DNA of 64,000 nucleotides, taken from positions 1,008,226-1,072,225 of the forward strand of contig NW_015164194.1 in NCBI RefSeq assembly GCF_001447785.1. The letters run 5' to 3'. Position 1 is the stretch's first letter; every line of letters starts with the position of its first letter. The notes beneath the pieces are model-generated. The model was given only the letters and a program-made list of their open reading frames with translations. It did no database searches and was not told where the DNA came from. This DNA comes from Gekko japonicus (taxonomy: Eukaryota). Position numbers and translations under genes: made by a program. Shown piece after piece: positions 1-12,862 of this stretch.

Positions 1-2982
1 TTTGGCAGGTGGCATATTACCTCATACAAGTCCAAAGTATTGCTTAGAGACATGGAACTAGTTGTATGGCTCTCTGGATGCTACCCAGTGATTTCCTTCC
101 CCAATATGTTGATCTGCAAGTTCTAGGAAGACTGTACCAACCGTTGCACTGAATGCTGGCATTCTGTCTTGGCAGTGTGTTGATACAGTAAAGAAAAGTA
201 ATTGTGGCACAAAATCCCCATGAAAGCTGATGCCTTTTCCTTCCAGCTTCTGTCTTACTGCTGTAGTATTAAATCAGCCATGGGGCAGACTTCTCTCAGA
301 ATGCAGGACCAGTGAAAGACAACATTTCCTGTTAGAATAAGAGAACAAAATAAAATTTTGAGTTGGCATCAGAGGATGTGACCTATAAATCTGTCTTATT
401 TAAAATCAATCATTCCGTAATATTTACAGTTTAACCTTTACCGGCACGGCAAGGCATTCATTCTCTGCATGCTTATTTGAGTCTCGTTATCCAGTAAGGT
501 TAAATGAAACCAGGGTTTTGAAAAACATACTTGAAATGCAAGTGAGAGTGCTCTGGGCTGTATTTACTCTGCCATTTGCATCAGTGGTAACTGGTTTAGT
601 TAATGCCGCAGGCAGTCGAGTTACTCTTTTCTCACTTCCCTGTTACAATTACTTATGTCAGCGCTGGTGAGCATGCTGAGGGTATGTCCACACTGAGCAG
701 GGCTTCGGGAGCTTGAATGAGCTGATTTCTTCTAACTGATTCCTGCAGGCCACCAGTAGAGTGATGGCATTAGGACAAACGAGTCAGGCCACATGTGGAA
801 AAAATTAATCAAATGCTCTGCAATGGGTTTTTTGGGTTTTTTTTTCCATTTTCCATTTGTGTATGTGTGCGCACACATACACTCTGGCAGCAGTTAGTAA
901 GAACAGGAACCTCATTTTTAATGTCAAAGTTCAAACAGTAGAATTTAACTACTTCGCTTATTACAACAAAACTAGTTGAGATTCAAGAGAGCAGAAGCTA
1001 GATCACCTGCCATCTCCAATTTTCTTTTTTTTTTAAAGCTGTTGTAGGAAAGGGGGGGTTGGTTTGAGAATACGGCACTGGGACAGGGACAGTTCAGGAC
1101 TGCCACACCTGGTTCCGAGCTACTTGGAACATACTGGTTGACTTCATGTCATTTTGAGTCTTGCCAGAGCTGGGTTGAGTTCCATCACTAAGAAAAGTGG
1201 CCTGATGAAGCCCTAAGAGACAGCAAAGCAACCTAGGCATGCTGTCGCTGCTCCTTTGTTTCGCACTACAGCTAGTCTTGAATTCATGCCATCTACTGCA
1301 TGCTTTCTTCTGGAAACTCTTCTCTGCATGAAAGGTGACCACATCAATCTGAAGAGAGACTTGTACTTCCAAGGACTATTAGGTCACTATTCAACTGGTT
1401 CAGTTGTCATTTATGCATGGTGGCAAAACTATTTCTTATGTGTATTAATTTTGGTTGTAAGTAGAACTATATGAGAAGACAGTAGTCTCAAGTGTGATTT
1501 GTACAGTGTGACAGATTATTCTGTTTATTTGTTTGTATAACACCCTTTTTCCAGGCAGAAAACACCCTTTTTCCAGGCAATCTTTAAATGCCTTTTGCAA
1601 GCAGTGGCTGAACTCCAAAGTCATTTAAAGGGCTCACAATCCCTTCTTCAAGCCACAGTTTCACCCAGAAGGTGTTTAAAGGGACTGCAATATCTTTAAA
1701 CACTTTTTAACACCAGCTATTCGGTGGCCCAAAAAAAATCCAGAATATTTTCAGGATTTTTTGGCTCTGCCATATCAGATAGCTAAATAAATACCTTGGC
1801 TGATATCCAGCTGAAAAAATACCCAAAAAATACTGTTAAAGAATTGGGGGGGAGGTCAGCTCAGATCAATCAAATGCACACTCCTACTTCATATAGTTGT
1901 GCGCTATGACAGTATACTTGTATACAAGATCATGCAATCTCCCCCGCATCAACACTTCAGAAGTCACCCATTTGATCACTACCTGCTAAATGTTATCATA
2001 ACACTCTGTGACCTTAAGTACTTTAAGCACTTAATAACTCAAATAACCTACATTAGTTAAAGTATATTCAGGTGTTTTATTTGTAAATAGTGTTACAATG
2101 AAAAGTATTTATGTCTACAGCTCAATCATCTGGAAATGACACCTCCCATCCGATCATTCAGGGTGCTATAGTGGATACAAAAGAATGTTGCAGAACAGAA
2201 ACCATTTTGTTTTGAAGCAGAAAAAGTATAAGAAAAAGTGGTTAAGAAGAAAGTAGCTAATAGAATGTTGTTTCCTAAGTTGGAGATTTCAGAAGAATGA
2301 ACTCCATACACTTTATAACCAACTCAGTAATCTTATAAAATTTGATAATATAATCAAGTTTATGGGCTGACACCCCTTCTAAGAGTGGATATAGATGAAG
2401 CACTGATAGAGCTCTGAGCTAGTTACCCAGAGAGCTATCAGCTGTAGCCACACTGAGAGGTGATCATTTGTAGTAACACATGAAGACATTTTAACCATAT
2501 TGACAGTCATTCAGAAATTGTAATCACATTGTAACGACCTTGACAGTCATTCAGAAAATAGGAATAAAAATCAGGCTTACCTACAAAACTCAAGCTTACC
2601 TACAAAGCTTATCTATCTACAGAGTCACAGCTGTCACATGGTAAGCTTTTGATAACTACTGAATAAGTATCTGCTTCAATCATGGGTGGATTTTTTTTTG
2701 AACAATCACTGTGTTATTGGTGCATTGAGACCAGAATGTCTGAAACAAACAGTTGCCACTAAACCACCATGTTTCAGCAAGCCAACACTTAAAAAAACAA
2801 CAACAAAGAGAGACAGAGAGAGAGACTTTGAAGTAAATCTCATTCTTTTAACACCTTAATATAATCTCGGTGGGAACTTCACAATTTTTACCAATATTCT
2901 CATATGATAAAATTTATAAAGATACATTCATTTCAATACTAAGCTATTGTGAAGTTGGTCTAGAATTTGTACTGGCATAGTA

Positions 2983-3086
2983 GCCCTGACCTGGATAGTG
3001 CAGGCTAGTCCAATCCCATCAGATCTCGGAAGCTAAGCAGGGTCAGCCTTGGCTAGTACTTGGAAGGGCAACCTCCAGGGAACACC
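2983..3086 (+). mobile_element. 5S rRNA-derived SINE (SINE3 type); 3' half resumes at ~4384-4445 after nested inserts
   Basis: gatctcggaagctaagcagggtcagccttggctagtacttgga matches the 5S internal control region; RTE-like tail ggcaaaccacctctgaa at ~4408. Confidence 0.75.
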
Positions 3087-4383
3087 AAGGGTGTGTGCTC
3101 AGTATATACTGAGCCTTATGTATTTTTAAGGTATTTATTCAGCCGAATCAAATTTTCTAATCTGATTCAGCTACCAATCTAGCTGAGCCCAAATAAAAGC
3201 CAATATTATTTGACTTTTATTCAGGCTTAGCTTCACTAGCTGAAGCGGCAGGAGCTCACCCACCTCGCACCGCTTCCAAATTCCTTGCACTGCTTCCGAA
3301 TTCCTCACACATGGCTTGGCTTTGCATTAGCCATTTAAAGGGAAACTGAGTTGTAGATACATGCTGCCACAGTGGGGCAACTCTATGAGTCAAGCATTTA
3401 AACTTTAAATCCCTCCCCTCCCCAAGTTGCACCACAGTGGCTTTAAATGCCTTCCCTTTACTCACTGAGGTGTGCCACCACTGTGGCGCAATGGGGAGTG
3501 AAGGTATGTAAATGGAGCTTTGCTGAATAAATTCAGCAATACTGATTATTTCCTGAATCCCGATATCATACTGATATTGGTATTCAGGAATATCAGTATA
3601 TACCAATATTTCTTGGGTTTGGTATTGTACTGGCTCAGTCCTCTCGGGGAGCAAGTGCTGGTATTTGGCCGGGCAGTACAAAGGCAGAGATAAAACAGAG
3701 AGAGCAACCAAAGTCAGGGGTTTCAGAGGGTAGGTTAACGAAGTCCAGTCTAGAGTCAAGGGGTCCACATAGCAAGTTCAAGTACAGTCCAGGATCAGGG
3801 ATTCCAGAAAACTTGGTTGTCCATGTCCAGTCCAGGGCCCATGTTCCAGAGAACAGGTAACAGCAAGGTCAGTGGCTCAGTAGCAAAGTGTACTTGTTGT
3901 GTCCATGAACTGCTGCTTCTCTTGGCTTATTTTATAGCTAAGTCTTAATGAGCCATACTCACAGCCAATTACTTGGCAGTAATCCAGAAGCTACTCATCC
4001 ATCTCATCAGTTGACAGCTGACGATGGGCCAGAAGACAAGCACTCTTTCTCCTTGCTTGCAACTCTGCACACTGCTGACAGGGCCGGCACTGCATGGGTC
4101 TGGGGGAGCCAGATGAACTGGGAGTTGCCTCTTACTGATTCAGAGCTACAAGGTGTTGGCTTGGCTGCAGCTGTGGGCTGTGAGTTATGATCCATTGGAG
4201 TTGGCTCAGCTGCAGCTGTGGGTAACTCAATCTCCTGTACCTCATCTGTCAGCTCAGGACCAACTACAACTGCTGTTTGTCAGAGGAATCCTCGCTGGAA
4301 TCCTTGCTGGCACTTATCACAGGCTGACTTATGACAGGTATACCCGAACCCCAAAAATACCTTTTTTTTTTGCACACATACTT
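3087..4383. mobile_element. hAT-type non-autonomous element interrupted by a solo LTR
   Basis: Ends gggtgtgtgc...tgcacacatac and motif ctcagtatatactgag are shared with the element at 4583-5117. Confidence 0.6.
3626..4336 (-). mobile_element. Solo LTR (Gypsy-like)
   Basis: TG...CA termini with exact 5-bp TSD GGTAT (3621-3625, 4337-4341); TTTTATA (minus-strand TATA) at ~3929. Confidence 0.8.
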
Positions 4384-4582
4384 AATTGTGACGCTGAGGT
4401 AGGTAATGGCAAACCACCTCTGAAATGTCTCTTGGCTTAAAAACAACTCTAGCTTGCCACCTAGTGGTGCCTAATGCTAAAAGAGCTAGAACTTCTGGCT
4501 GACAGGAGATCTTAGTATCTCCTGGCTATTCTACACACAATGCCATACGATAATTAATCAGTTAACTGGCATAGTCACATAC

Positions 4583-5117
4583 TAGGGGTGTGCAAAAGGA
4601 ATCGGGTTATTTTGGATTGAGATCTGTTGGACCCAAAAAATATCCATACTCCCGAATATACCTTGATACCACTAGCAATATTTGGGAACCCGAATATGTT
4701 TGGATCCATTGTACCTTATGGAGACTGTCCCCATAGTGTATGAAGGAGAATTTCACTCACTGAGCTGTGAGTGAAGGGAAGATATTTTAATTTTAATACC
4801 TCCCCTTTCCTCTTGGGCTCATGCCGCCTCTGCAACATGACTCTCCAGCTTTTTTTATTTAAACTTTTTATTTAAACTTTAAATACCTTCCCTTCACTGG
4901 GGTGTTGTGCCACAGAGATGTCATGAGCCTGAGAGAGAAGGGGAGGTGGTTAAAGTTGCCTACCAAATAATTATGTCTTTTATTTAGGGGCAGCTACTTC
5001 AGTAGCCGAATACAGATCTCTGATCTGTATTCAGCTGAACAAATATCTGAAAAATTCCGATATGGTATTTTGGGGGTATTTTTTCCCAGCTCAGTATATA
5101 CTGAGCGCAGACCCCTA
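4583..5117. mobile_element. hAT MITE with TAGGG termini
   Basis: TAGGGGTGTGC...GCAGACCCCTA; exact 8-bp TSD TCACATAC. Confidence 0.88.
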
Positions 5118-5159
5118 TCACATACATACAAACCAAGACAGGCACGTCTTCTTGTCAGG

Positions 5160-7316
5160 TTATGGATTATTTCAGTCTAAGCCTAGAGGAAGTCAACAAA
5201 TTGCTTTTAACTGTATGCCCCACCATGTGCCTCCTTGATCCATGCCCATCGTGGCTAAGTAAAGCTGGTCACGATGGGTTTTGAGGTGCCCTAACGGATA
5301 TTATCAGCAAGTCCCTCTTGGAGGGTCTGTTCCCTGGGACACTTAAGGAGGTCATGGTTTGTCCCCTCTTCAAAAAAACCATCCCTGGATCCAACTGAAT
5401 CGGCAATTACTGGCCGGTTTCCAATTTGCCCTATTTGGGCAAACTAATTGAGAGGGCTGTGGCAGTCCAGTTACAGAGCTTTTTGGATGACACTTCCACT
5501 TTAGATCCCTTCCAGTCCAGCTTTCGCCTGGGACACAGGACAGAGACGGCACTGGTCGCCCTCATGAATGACCTCCAGAGCTCTGTTCCCTCTAAGGTGA
5601 GTTAGTGTGAGCCAGCTCACAGTTTTTTTAGCCTCTGGCTCACAGATTTTTGCCTTAGCTCAGGAAGGAGGGCTCCAGAGAAAACTAATTGATGCAGGAG
5701 CCAAATTGCTCACTCACAACTTGAATGCCACTGGCTCACAAAGTCAATTTTTTGCTCACAAGACTCCACAGCTTAGAGGGAGCATTGCTTCAGAGGCACC
5801 TGGATTGAGGCGGATTGGCAGTGCTGTTGGACCTGTCAGCAGCTTTCGACATGGTTGACCATCAGCTACTGATCCATTGCCTCACTGACACTGGAGTCCA
5901 TGGGCTTGTCTTGCAATGGCTTGCATCCTTTCTTCAGGGCCAGGGACAAAGGGTGGCACTAGGGGAACAGCTGTCCTGAAGGCACCCACTGATCTGCAGA
6001 GTACCCCAAGGGGTGGTACTTTCCCCAATGATATTTAACATCTATATGCACCCCCTTGTCCAGATCACCCAGAGGCATGGGCTGGGATGTCACCAGTATG
6101 CGGATGACACCCAGCTCTATGTGCTGTTGGGTGGCCAGTCTGACTCTACACCAGAAGATCTGAACCGGGCGTTACAAGCCATGGCTGGTTGGCTTAGACT
6201 GAGCCGACTGAAATTGAATCCAATGAAGACGGCGGTCCTGTGCCTAAGCTGGGGTGGCCTGAGGGCAGGGATCCCACTCCTGACCTTCAATGGGGTACAG
6301 CTGGTGCCAGCACCAAAGTTTAGGAGTTTGGGAGTGCTCCTGGATGCCTCCTTAACAATGGAGGCCCAGGTAGCAGCCATTGCCAAGTCAGCCTTCTATC
6401 ATCTTTGGCTGATCAGGCAGTTGGTTCCCTTCCTTGAACGCAACGACTTGGCAACAGTAATCCATGTGATGGTCACCTCGAGATTGGCCTACTGTAATTT
6501 TCTCTACATGGGGCTGCCCTTGCCCCAAATCTGGAAGCTGCACCTAGTGCAAAATGCTGTGGCCAGGCTGTTGATGGGTCTCTCCATGCAGGAGCACATC
6601 CAGCCTGTGCTAAAAGCGCTGTTCTGGCTGCTGTTAGCACACCGAATTCGCTTCAAGATGCTAGTTCTTAACTTTAAAGCCCTTTATGGTCAGAGTCCAG
6701 CATACCTAAGGGACCACCTTTCCCTGCATGTTCCTCAGATAGCACTACATTCAGGGTCCCATAATCAACTGGCCCTTGCAGGCCCCAAAGACACCAGGCT
6801 GGCTATAACCAGGGCCAAGGTCTTCTATATGGTGGCTCCGTACTGGTGGAATGAGCTCCCAGAAGAGATCAGGACCCTGCGGGACCTTTTGCAATTCCGT
6901 AGGGCCTGCTAGACGGAGCTCTTCTGCCAGGCCTTCAATCAAGGAGCAGCATCAAACATCTGAGAAGTGACCCTGTGCCCTGGCTTTACCACCCAAAGGC
7001 AGGTGACCTGCCACACAAATAAGCTGAATGTTGAGCTGGTTAAGAATACCAACATGACTGTACTGTCACCTTAAGTAGCACTGTTACTTGAAATCTACTG
7101 TTCCAGCACTTTATTAGATCATTGTTCCAGCACTTTATGATAATTGATAACTGAGTTGTTTATGGTTGTTTTATGATTTTTTAATAGTATTTATAATTGT
7201 ATGTATAACTGTATTTATATATGGAATTTTATGTAAGCAGCCCTGAGCCTGCCTCGGTGGGGAGGGCGGGGTATAAATTGAATGAATGAATAAATAAATA
7301 AATAAATAAATAAAAT
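5160..7316 (+). mobile_element. L2 LINE, 5'-truncated and degenerate
   Basis: ORF 6013-6912 has YADDTQLY and L2-type C-terminal motifs (QNAVARLL, WWNELPEEIR); (TAAA)n tail. Confidence 0.92.
5581..5787. mobile_element. hAT MITE nested in L2
   Basis: TIR tgttccctctaag / cttagagggagca; 8-bp TSD CTCCAGAG/CTTCAGAG; inverted copy at 49361. Confidence 0.85.
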
Positions 7317-7671
7317 AAGAAAGCACTCTTTATATCGTACTTCTGAAGAATTACACTACATTTTTGCAGGAACCTGACTTTTCCCAAAGCCCTCACCTAC
7401 TAGAAAATATGTTACTTAGGCTTATGAATTCTAATGAGAAATCACTGCTAAAGGCACCATGCAGAGGCCAATAAGAGGTGCAAACATTATCTAAGCCCTT
7501 TTTTACTAGATACTGTCTTTCAGGGCACAATTCATATAGTTAGAACCACATTTCTAATTTTGTTAAGATATATATTTTGAGAGAGAGAGAGATTTCTGAG
7601 TAAGATCAAATTTAAGTGGGTCTCAAGATGAAGCATCTATTAATAGTATGAAGCACTAGTATACATTATTG

Positions 7672-7672
7672 A

Positions 7673-7733
<61 letters not shown>

Positions 7734-7751
7734 TACATACACACGCACATA
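7672..7751. repeat. Compound (TG)n(TA)n(CA)n microsatellite
   Basis: Read directly; the arrangement is self-complementary. Confidence 0.95.
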
Positions 7752-7989
7752 TATATTATACAAGGCAGCCCTCTTGTGGCCCAGAGGGTATAAAGCAACA
7801 GAAGGCCAACACTGGAAAGTACGTAGCATTATTTCTGAGTTGAGCACCTAGGAAAGAGGTATAATCTCTCTAAATGAGCATAGAATGGAAAACCTCCATG
7901 ACTACCATAGCTGTAGTTACTGCGTAGTTTTTAAAGAATAAATCGGAGAAAATCTATATTGTCTGGAGGATTTCAGAAATGCAAGTGTG

Positions 7990-8350
7990 CATGACGAAGC
8001 CCCGCCCCTGCTTCCCGCCGCCCCGCTTCCGGCCCTCATTCAGCCAGGAGGAGGCAGGAGAAGAGGGAGGGTAAGTTGCTTCCTCCCTGCCTCTCCCCAC
8101 CCCTGCCTTCCTGGGGCCAGGGAGGGCCTTCGCGGGGCTTCCTTGCGCTCCCGCCGGCCTTGCAGGTCCACCGCCAGGCCTCTCATGGGGCTCGGCAGTG
8201 GAGCTGCAAGGCCGGCAGCGGCGGCCGGGACCGTTGGGGGTGGGGTGTGTGGCCTTATGACACACTTCCGGTGATGTCAGGGGGTGTGGCATATGCTAAT
8301 GAGTTATGCTAATGAGTTCCCCTAGCTCTTTTTCTACGAAATGACCCCTG
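7990..8350 (-). mobile_element. Single terminus of a GC-rich hAT-type element
   Basis: End tttctacgaaatgacccctg with gctaatgagtt subterminal repeats is the reverse complement of 57377-57490 and related to 44620-44703. Confidence 0.7.
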
Positions 8351-8795
8351 CAGCTAAGGATTCATCCATGGATCATCAGAGATATTTTTTTGACATGGAG
8401 TGGGTAAGATTGTTGTGGCTGGGTTCCACTGAGACCAATAAAGGTTTATTATTGAGGCCAGTGGACGTTTTTCAAGAAAGGGTCTTTATAAGAGATCATG
8501 GTTCCCATTTCAGGTTGTTTCCTGCAACAATGAGGGACAAAGTCTTCTGCTTTGTTCAAAAGAAAGTTCAAACTCTCCAGAATTCAGTGGACTTCACTGT
8601 GCCATTTGGTGGTCCCAAACATAAAATGCTATGATTTTAGTACTGATTCAATCAAGCTATTGAATTCTTGAAAGTATTATTCATAACTTTGGGGATGTGA
8701 AGGAAAGGAAACATGTGTTAACAATTTTACAATATACTTAATATACATAATTGATATTCTTACTATTTACACCTTCTTTGTTGTGTGTTTATCAG

Positions 8796-8948
8796 GATCC
8801 CAGTGCCATGCCACGGCCAACTTCGCAGGATCTAGCAGGATTCTGGGACTTATTACAGCTATCGATTGAAGATGTCAGTATGAAGTTTGATGAACTGCAC
8901 CAGCTGAAACTGAATGAATGGAAAATAGTAGAATCACCTGAAAGAAAG
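8796..8948 (+). CDS. DLGAP2: DLGAP2 (SAPAP2) penultimate coding exon, GKAP homology domain
   Basis: Acceptor gtgtttatcag|GAT; translates DPSAMPRPTSQDLAGFWDLLQLSIEDVSMKFDELHQLKLNEWKIVESPERK; ends AAG|gcaag (GC donor) and joins in phase 0 to the exon at 20715. Paralogue identity is supported by CLN8 synteny. Confidence 0.93.
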
Positions 8949-10624
8949 GCAAGAATACTTTAGATCGAACAATTCACATTCACTTTGGACTGATACACCC
9001 TTTTATTGCATTCCATTATTTTCTGTTCAGTTAGTAACTGACAGATGATGATGTATTAGACCAGCAGACCACGACATTTGACTCTGGTCTTCTCTCTGAG
9101 CTATAGAGGATGCAATACTGTGACCAGTCTACATGCTATCAAGAGCAATTGCTTTTGCTCTTAAAGGAAAAATTCTATTAAGAGAGAATGTTCTAGTTCT
9201 CCATTGTAACTTTAACAAAGTGGTTGTAACAGACAGTAAAAACCCATAATCTGATTATGATCATGTTTTTGAACAATAATTTTTCTGAGGTTGAATTAGT
9301 TGTAGCCCCCTAAAGATACCTGGGGAATCTGCAGTTCTTGTTAAAGATGTTTAGCTCCAGTACTGATTTGTACCTTATTTCTTCCAGAAGCTGTTCACAT
9401 AGAACAGTGAGTATAGCTATCATGGCTGCCGACAGCCATCAGGAGCCCCCAAACAGATTTTCTCTGAGATCCCCGCACAGCACTTGAACCCTAACCTAAA
9501 CATTATATTAAAGCAAATGACAGGAATGTTGTCTCCCTAGTCTCCTTCTCTCAGCAGATCTAATGGCTGCGTAACTAGGGTTTATACATGTTTTTAATAA
9601 GTAGAGTATTTCAGTAAGGGGGGGTTAATTGAATGGTCCCTTTTTCAACATAGTTTTCATGCCTTCATTCCATACTCACATCCATAACCATACCAATGTA
9701 GAGACAGTAGCCAAATCCAGCAGGAAGACACAGAGAGCAACCTTGACTCTTCCATAGTAAATGACATTAGCTACTATGAAAAAAACCAGGCCTCAAGTTT
9801 AACTTCATTCAGCAATGTAGGACAATCAGGGTCAAAAATACCACTCATTGAAAACATCAAAATTCCACAGAAACATAAATGGGGTCAAATTGACCTCACC
9901 ATTTTTAAAGCATAAAGCAGTTGGGAATCTGTAAAACTGTTTATTTTTAAGAAAGCAATCATTTTTAACTGTTACAATATTGATTCATCTTCCTGGAATA
10001 TCTTCTGAAGCTCTTCCAGGGAATGCCAAGTAGCCTCTGGGCCAAATGACTGAGAAGTACCCTGGGATGCCAGTTCTTCCATTGTTGTTCAATGGAATTT
10101 TGAATTTCAAGCCTAGGCAAAACCTCAGTGAAGTACACTACAGGTGTGCCCAGATAGAAAGGGCAGTGGGTATGCAGGGATCTCACACCTCCTCATATTG
10201 TCATTGGAACCTCCCAGTCCCCCAAATATGTAAAGTTGAGAAAGTCACTCAGGGGTTTGGAAAGTTTGAAGGGAAACAATCAGCTCAGTGGCTAGGTGGC
10301 TAGGAGTCATCTAGAGTTCCAAGCTGAATGGCTCCTTCAAGTCTGGAAAATGTGTAGAGGTTCAGTGAATGCCTGCAGACATGCCTGGGCTTGTCTTGCC
10401 GGGGGAAAGAATGACCCTGTTTCCAAAATTGCAATACAGTTCAATTTCAGCTCTTCCACGTGGCTATGGACATAATGGAAGCTTTGACAGAGCAGAAACT
10501 CAGGGCTTTTACCTGCTCCTACCATATACACAACAATTCAGGTTGCAAACACTGGTTTCCCTGGGGGTCATTTCAACCCCCAATTCCAAAAGAGCTCTAA
10601 AACCCCAAAGCCAACAAATGTCTT

Positions 10625-10946
10625 TTGTTGTTGTTGTTCAGTCGCACAGTTGAGTCCGACTCTTTGCAACCCCGTGGACCACATCATGCCAGGCCCTCCT
10701 GTCTACCGTTGCCCTCTGCAGTTTGCTTAATTTCACATTCGTTGCATCGATAACACTGTCTAACCATCTCATCCTTTGCCGTCCCCTTTTCTTTTGCCTT
10801 CAGTCCTTCCCAGCATCAGGGTCTTCTCCAGTGAGTGCTCCCTTCTCATTTGGTGGCCAAAGTATTTGAGCTTCAGCTTCAGTATCTGGCCTTCCAGGGA
10901 GCAGTCAGGGTTGATTTCTTTTATGATTGACTGATTTGAGCTCCTT
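10625..10946 (-). mobile_element. BovB/RTE 3' fragment
   Basis: Reverse complement resembles the 3' end of 34120-34737; (CAA)n tail. Confidence 0.85.
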
Positions 10947-11278
10947 AGATATAAATTATGGAAAGAGAAAAATAATTTTCATTGTTTGCCTCACCTTCCT
11001 ATAAAATGGAGATAATAGATGTTGGTCCATCTATTTAAACATGGGGACAGTGCTAGAATATTATTATTTTTTCAATTTTTGTTGGGGTCACTAGAACCTC
11101 AATGACGATTATACATAGTACTTTCATTTTCAAGCCAAGTCTAATGGGGACCAGAATGACCCCATTTACCCTTTTGAGAAAACTCAAACTTAAAAAAGAT
11201 AGGAGTGGGGAGGGAAGAGAGGGACTTCAGGGCACTGCAGTTCATTGGGGAGAAAGCATACCAGGAGTTTGGTGTCTG

Positions 11279-11623
11279 TAAAGGTAAAGGTTTCCCTTGC
11301 TTGAAAGCTAGTTGAATCCTATTATAGGGGACAGTGCTCATCTCCGTTTCCTAACCCAAGAGCCAGCGCTGTCAAAAGATGTTTCCGTGGTCATGTGGCT
11401 AGCGTGACTAAACACTGAGGCACATGGAATGCTGTTACCTTCCCACTGAAGCAGTATCTATTTATTTACTTGCAGTTTCTTGCTTTCGAACTGCTAGGTT
11501 GGCAGGAGCTGGGGCCAGAGATGGGAGCTCACTCCGTCACGCAGCACTAGGGTCTCGAACTGCCAACCTACAGACCTTGCAGTCTGCAGCTCAGCGTCTT
11601 AACCTCTAAACCACCATGGCACC
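11279..11623 (-). mobile_element. Sauria SINE
   Basis: aaaggtaaagg tail (reverse of ACCTTT) and core ttccgtggtcatgtggc...gctttcgaactgctaggttggcaggagc. Confidence 0.85.
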
Positions 11624-12200
11624 ATGACTGTAGAAAGCTTTAAATGGGTAAACTAATTTTTCCCCATGACTTCTGGGGTTAAAAAGAACCCCGATTCCTT
11701 GGGAGGGTTAAGCAGGTCTACTCTACTTGATCTTGGCTATATCTTTGTTTGGCATACCAAAAATATAAAATGGAAACACACACACATATTCACGCAGAAC
11801 ACTATTTTTAAAGATTTTATTTTTCAAAATTAGTGCTCATGCACTCAGGTTGCATCACTGGCACTTCTGTGCTGCATATCAGGTTGCACTTCCAGCATTT
11901 ATGGAAATCCAGTGATGTTTCTTTTAATTGATTATTTGGTTGTACTCTTTACTCTAGGCCAGGGTTCCCCACCAGGGTGCCTGTGGGTGTCCACCATGTG
12001 CTTCAAAAAAGTAGATAGGGCCATGTTGAAGGAAGAACCAGTGACTGGCTGCCTTCATACAAATAAAAGGGTGTTACACTCAGATATCCTCCCCACTGCT
12101 CACTAGAAATAAATGCAGGACCCTATAAACAGGACCCACAGTTCAGCTGTGAGGCAGTGTGGGCCAAGGAACACCAGACTAGTGGAACATCCATTTTTTC

Positions 12201-12419
12201 TAGGGTTGCCAAGTCTGGGTTGGAAAATACCTGGAGACTTTGGGGGTGGAGCCAGGAGAGGGCGTGGTTTGGGGAGGGGAGGGGCCTCAGCATAGTACAA
12301 TGCCATAGAGTCTACGCTTCAAAGCAGCCATTTTCTCCAGGGGAGCTGATCTCTGTCGGCTGGGGATCAGTGGTAAAAGCGGAAGATCCCCAGGCCCCAC
12401 CTGGAGGCTGGCAACCCTA
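12201..12419. mobile_element. TAGGGTTGCC hAT MITE
   Basis: TIR TAGGGTTGCCA/TGGCAACCCTA; TSD ATTTTTTC/ATTTTTCC. Confidence 0.85.
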
Positions 12420-12862
12420 ATTTTTCCCTTGATCTGTAGCCCTGCTCACAAGCTACAGTGAAGGGACGTACAATCCATGCACAGTGTCCAATTGACTGTT
12501 CTTTATATGTATATTGAAGAATTCTCATGTGGCATTCAATGCATGTAACAGCTGAATGTGTGATACAAACCCGACATTAATCCAGATACTAGTCTCCAGT
12601 CTCATTCATAAAGTGAACACGCATTGGCTCTTTCTTCCAAACAGGTATATGCACATACACACAGGATGTGCATGTGTTCTGTGTAACATGTGAACATAGC
12701 TTTTTTTCTCTGTGTGAACATTTCGTCCCCGCTTCTCCTCCATTGGTTGTCATCCTGTGTGCATGTTATTCCTCCCTTGAGTTTCTTCTGTGTATATGTG
12801 AGTGTTTGTGTGTGTATATGTGAGAGCCAGTTTGGTGTGGTGGTTAGGAGTGCGGACTCTAA

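Noticed and set aside
662-681. DLGAP2 microexon (ag|cgctg...gagg|gtatgt)
   Set aside because: The possible lengths, 5 or 20 nt, are not frame-preserving and there is no homology support.
1198-1235. Hammerhead-like CTGATGA motif
   Set aside because: No stem II or GAAA at the required spacing.
3010-3086. 5S rRNA gene
   Set aside because: Only a diverged partial match that continues into an RTE-like tail and recurs in several dispersed copies; it is a SINE head.
7954-8312. CpG island or coding ORFs
   Set aside because: The GC-rich stretch is attached to a transposon terminus repeated at 57377, and the ORFs are low complexity.
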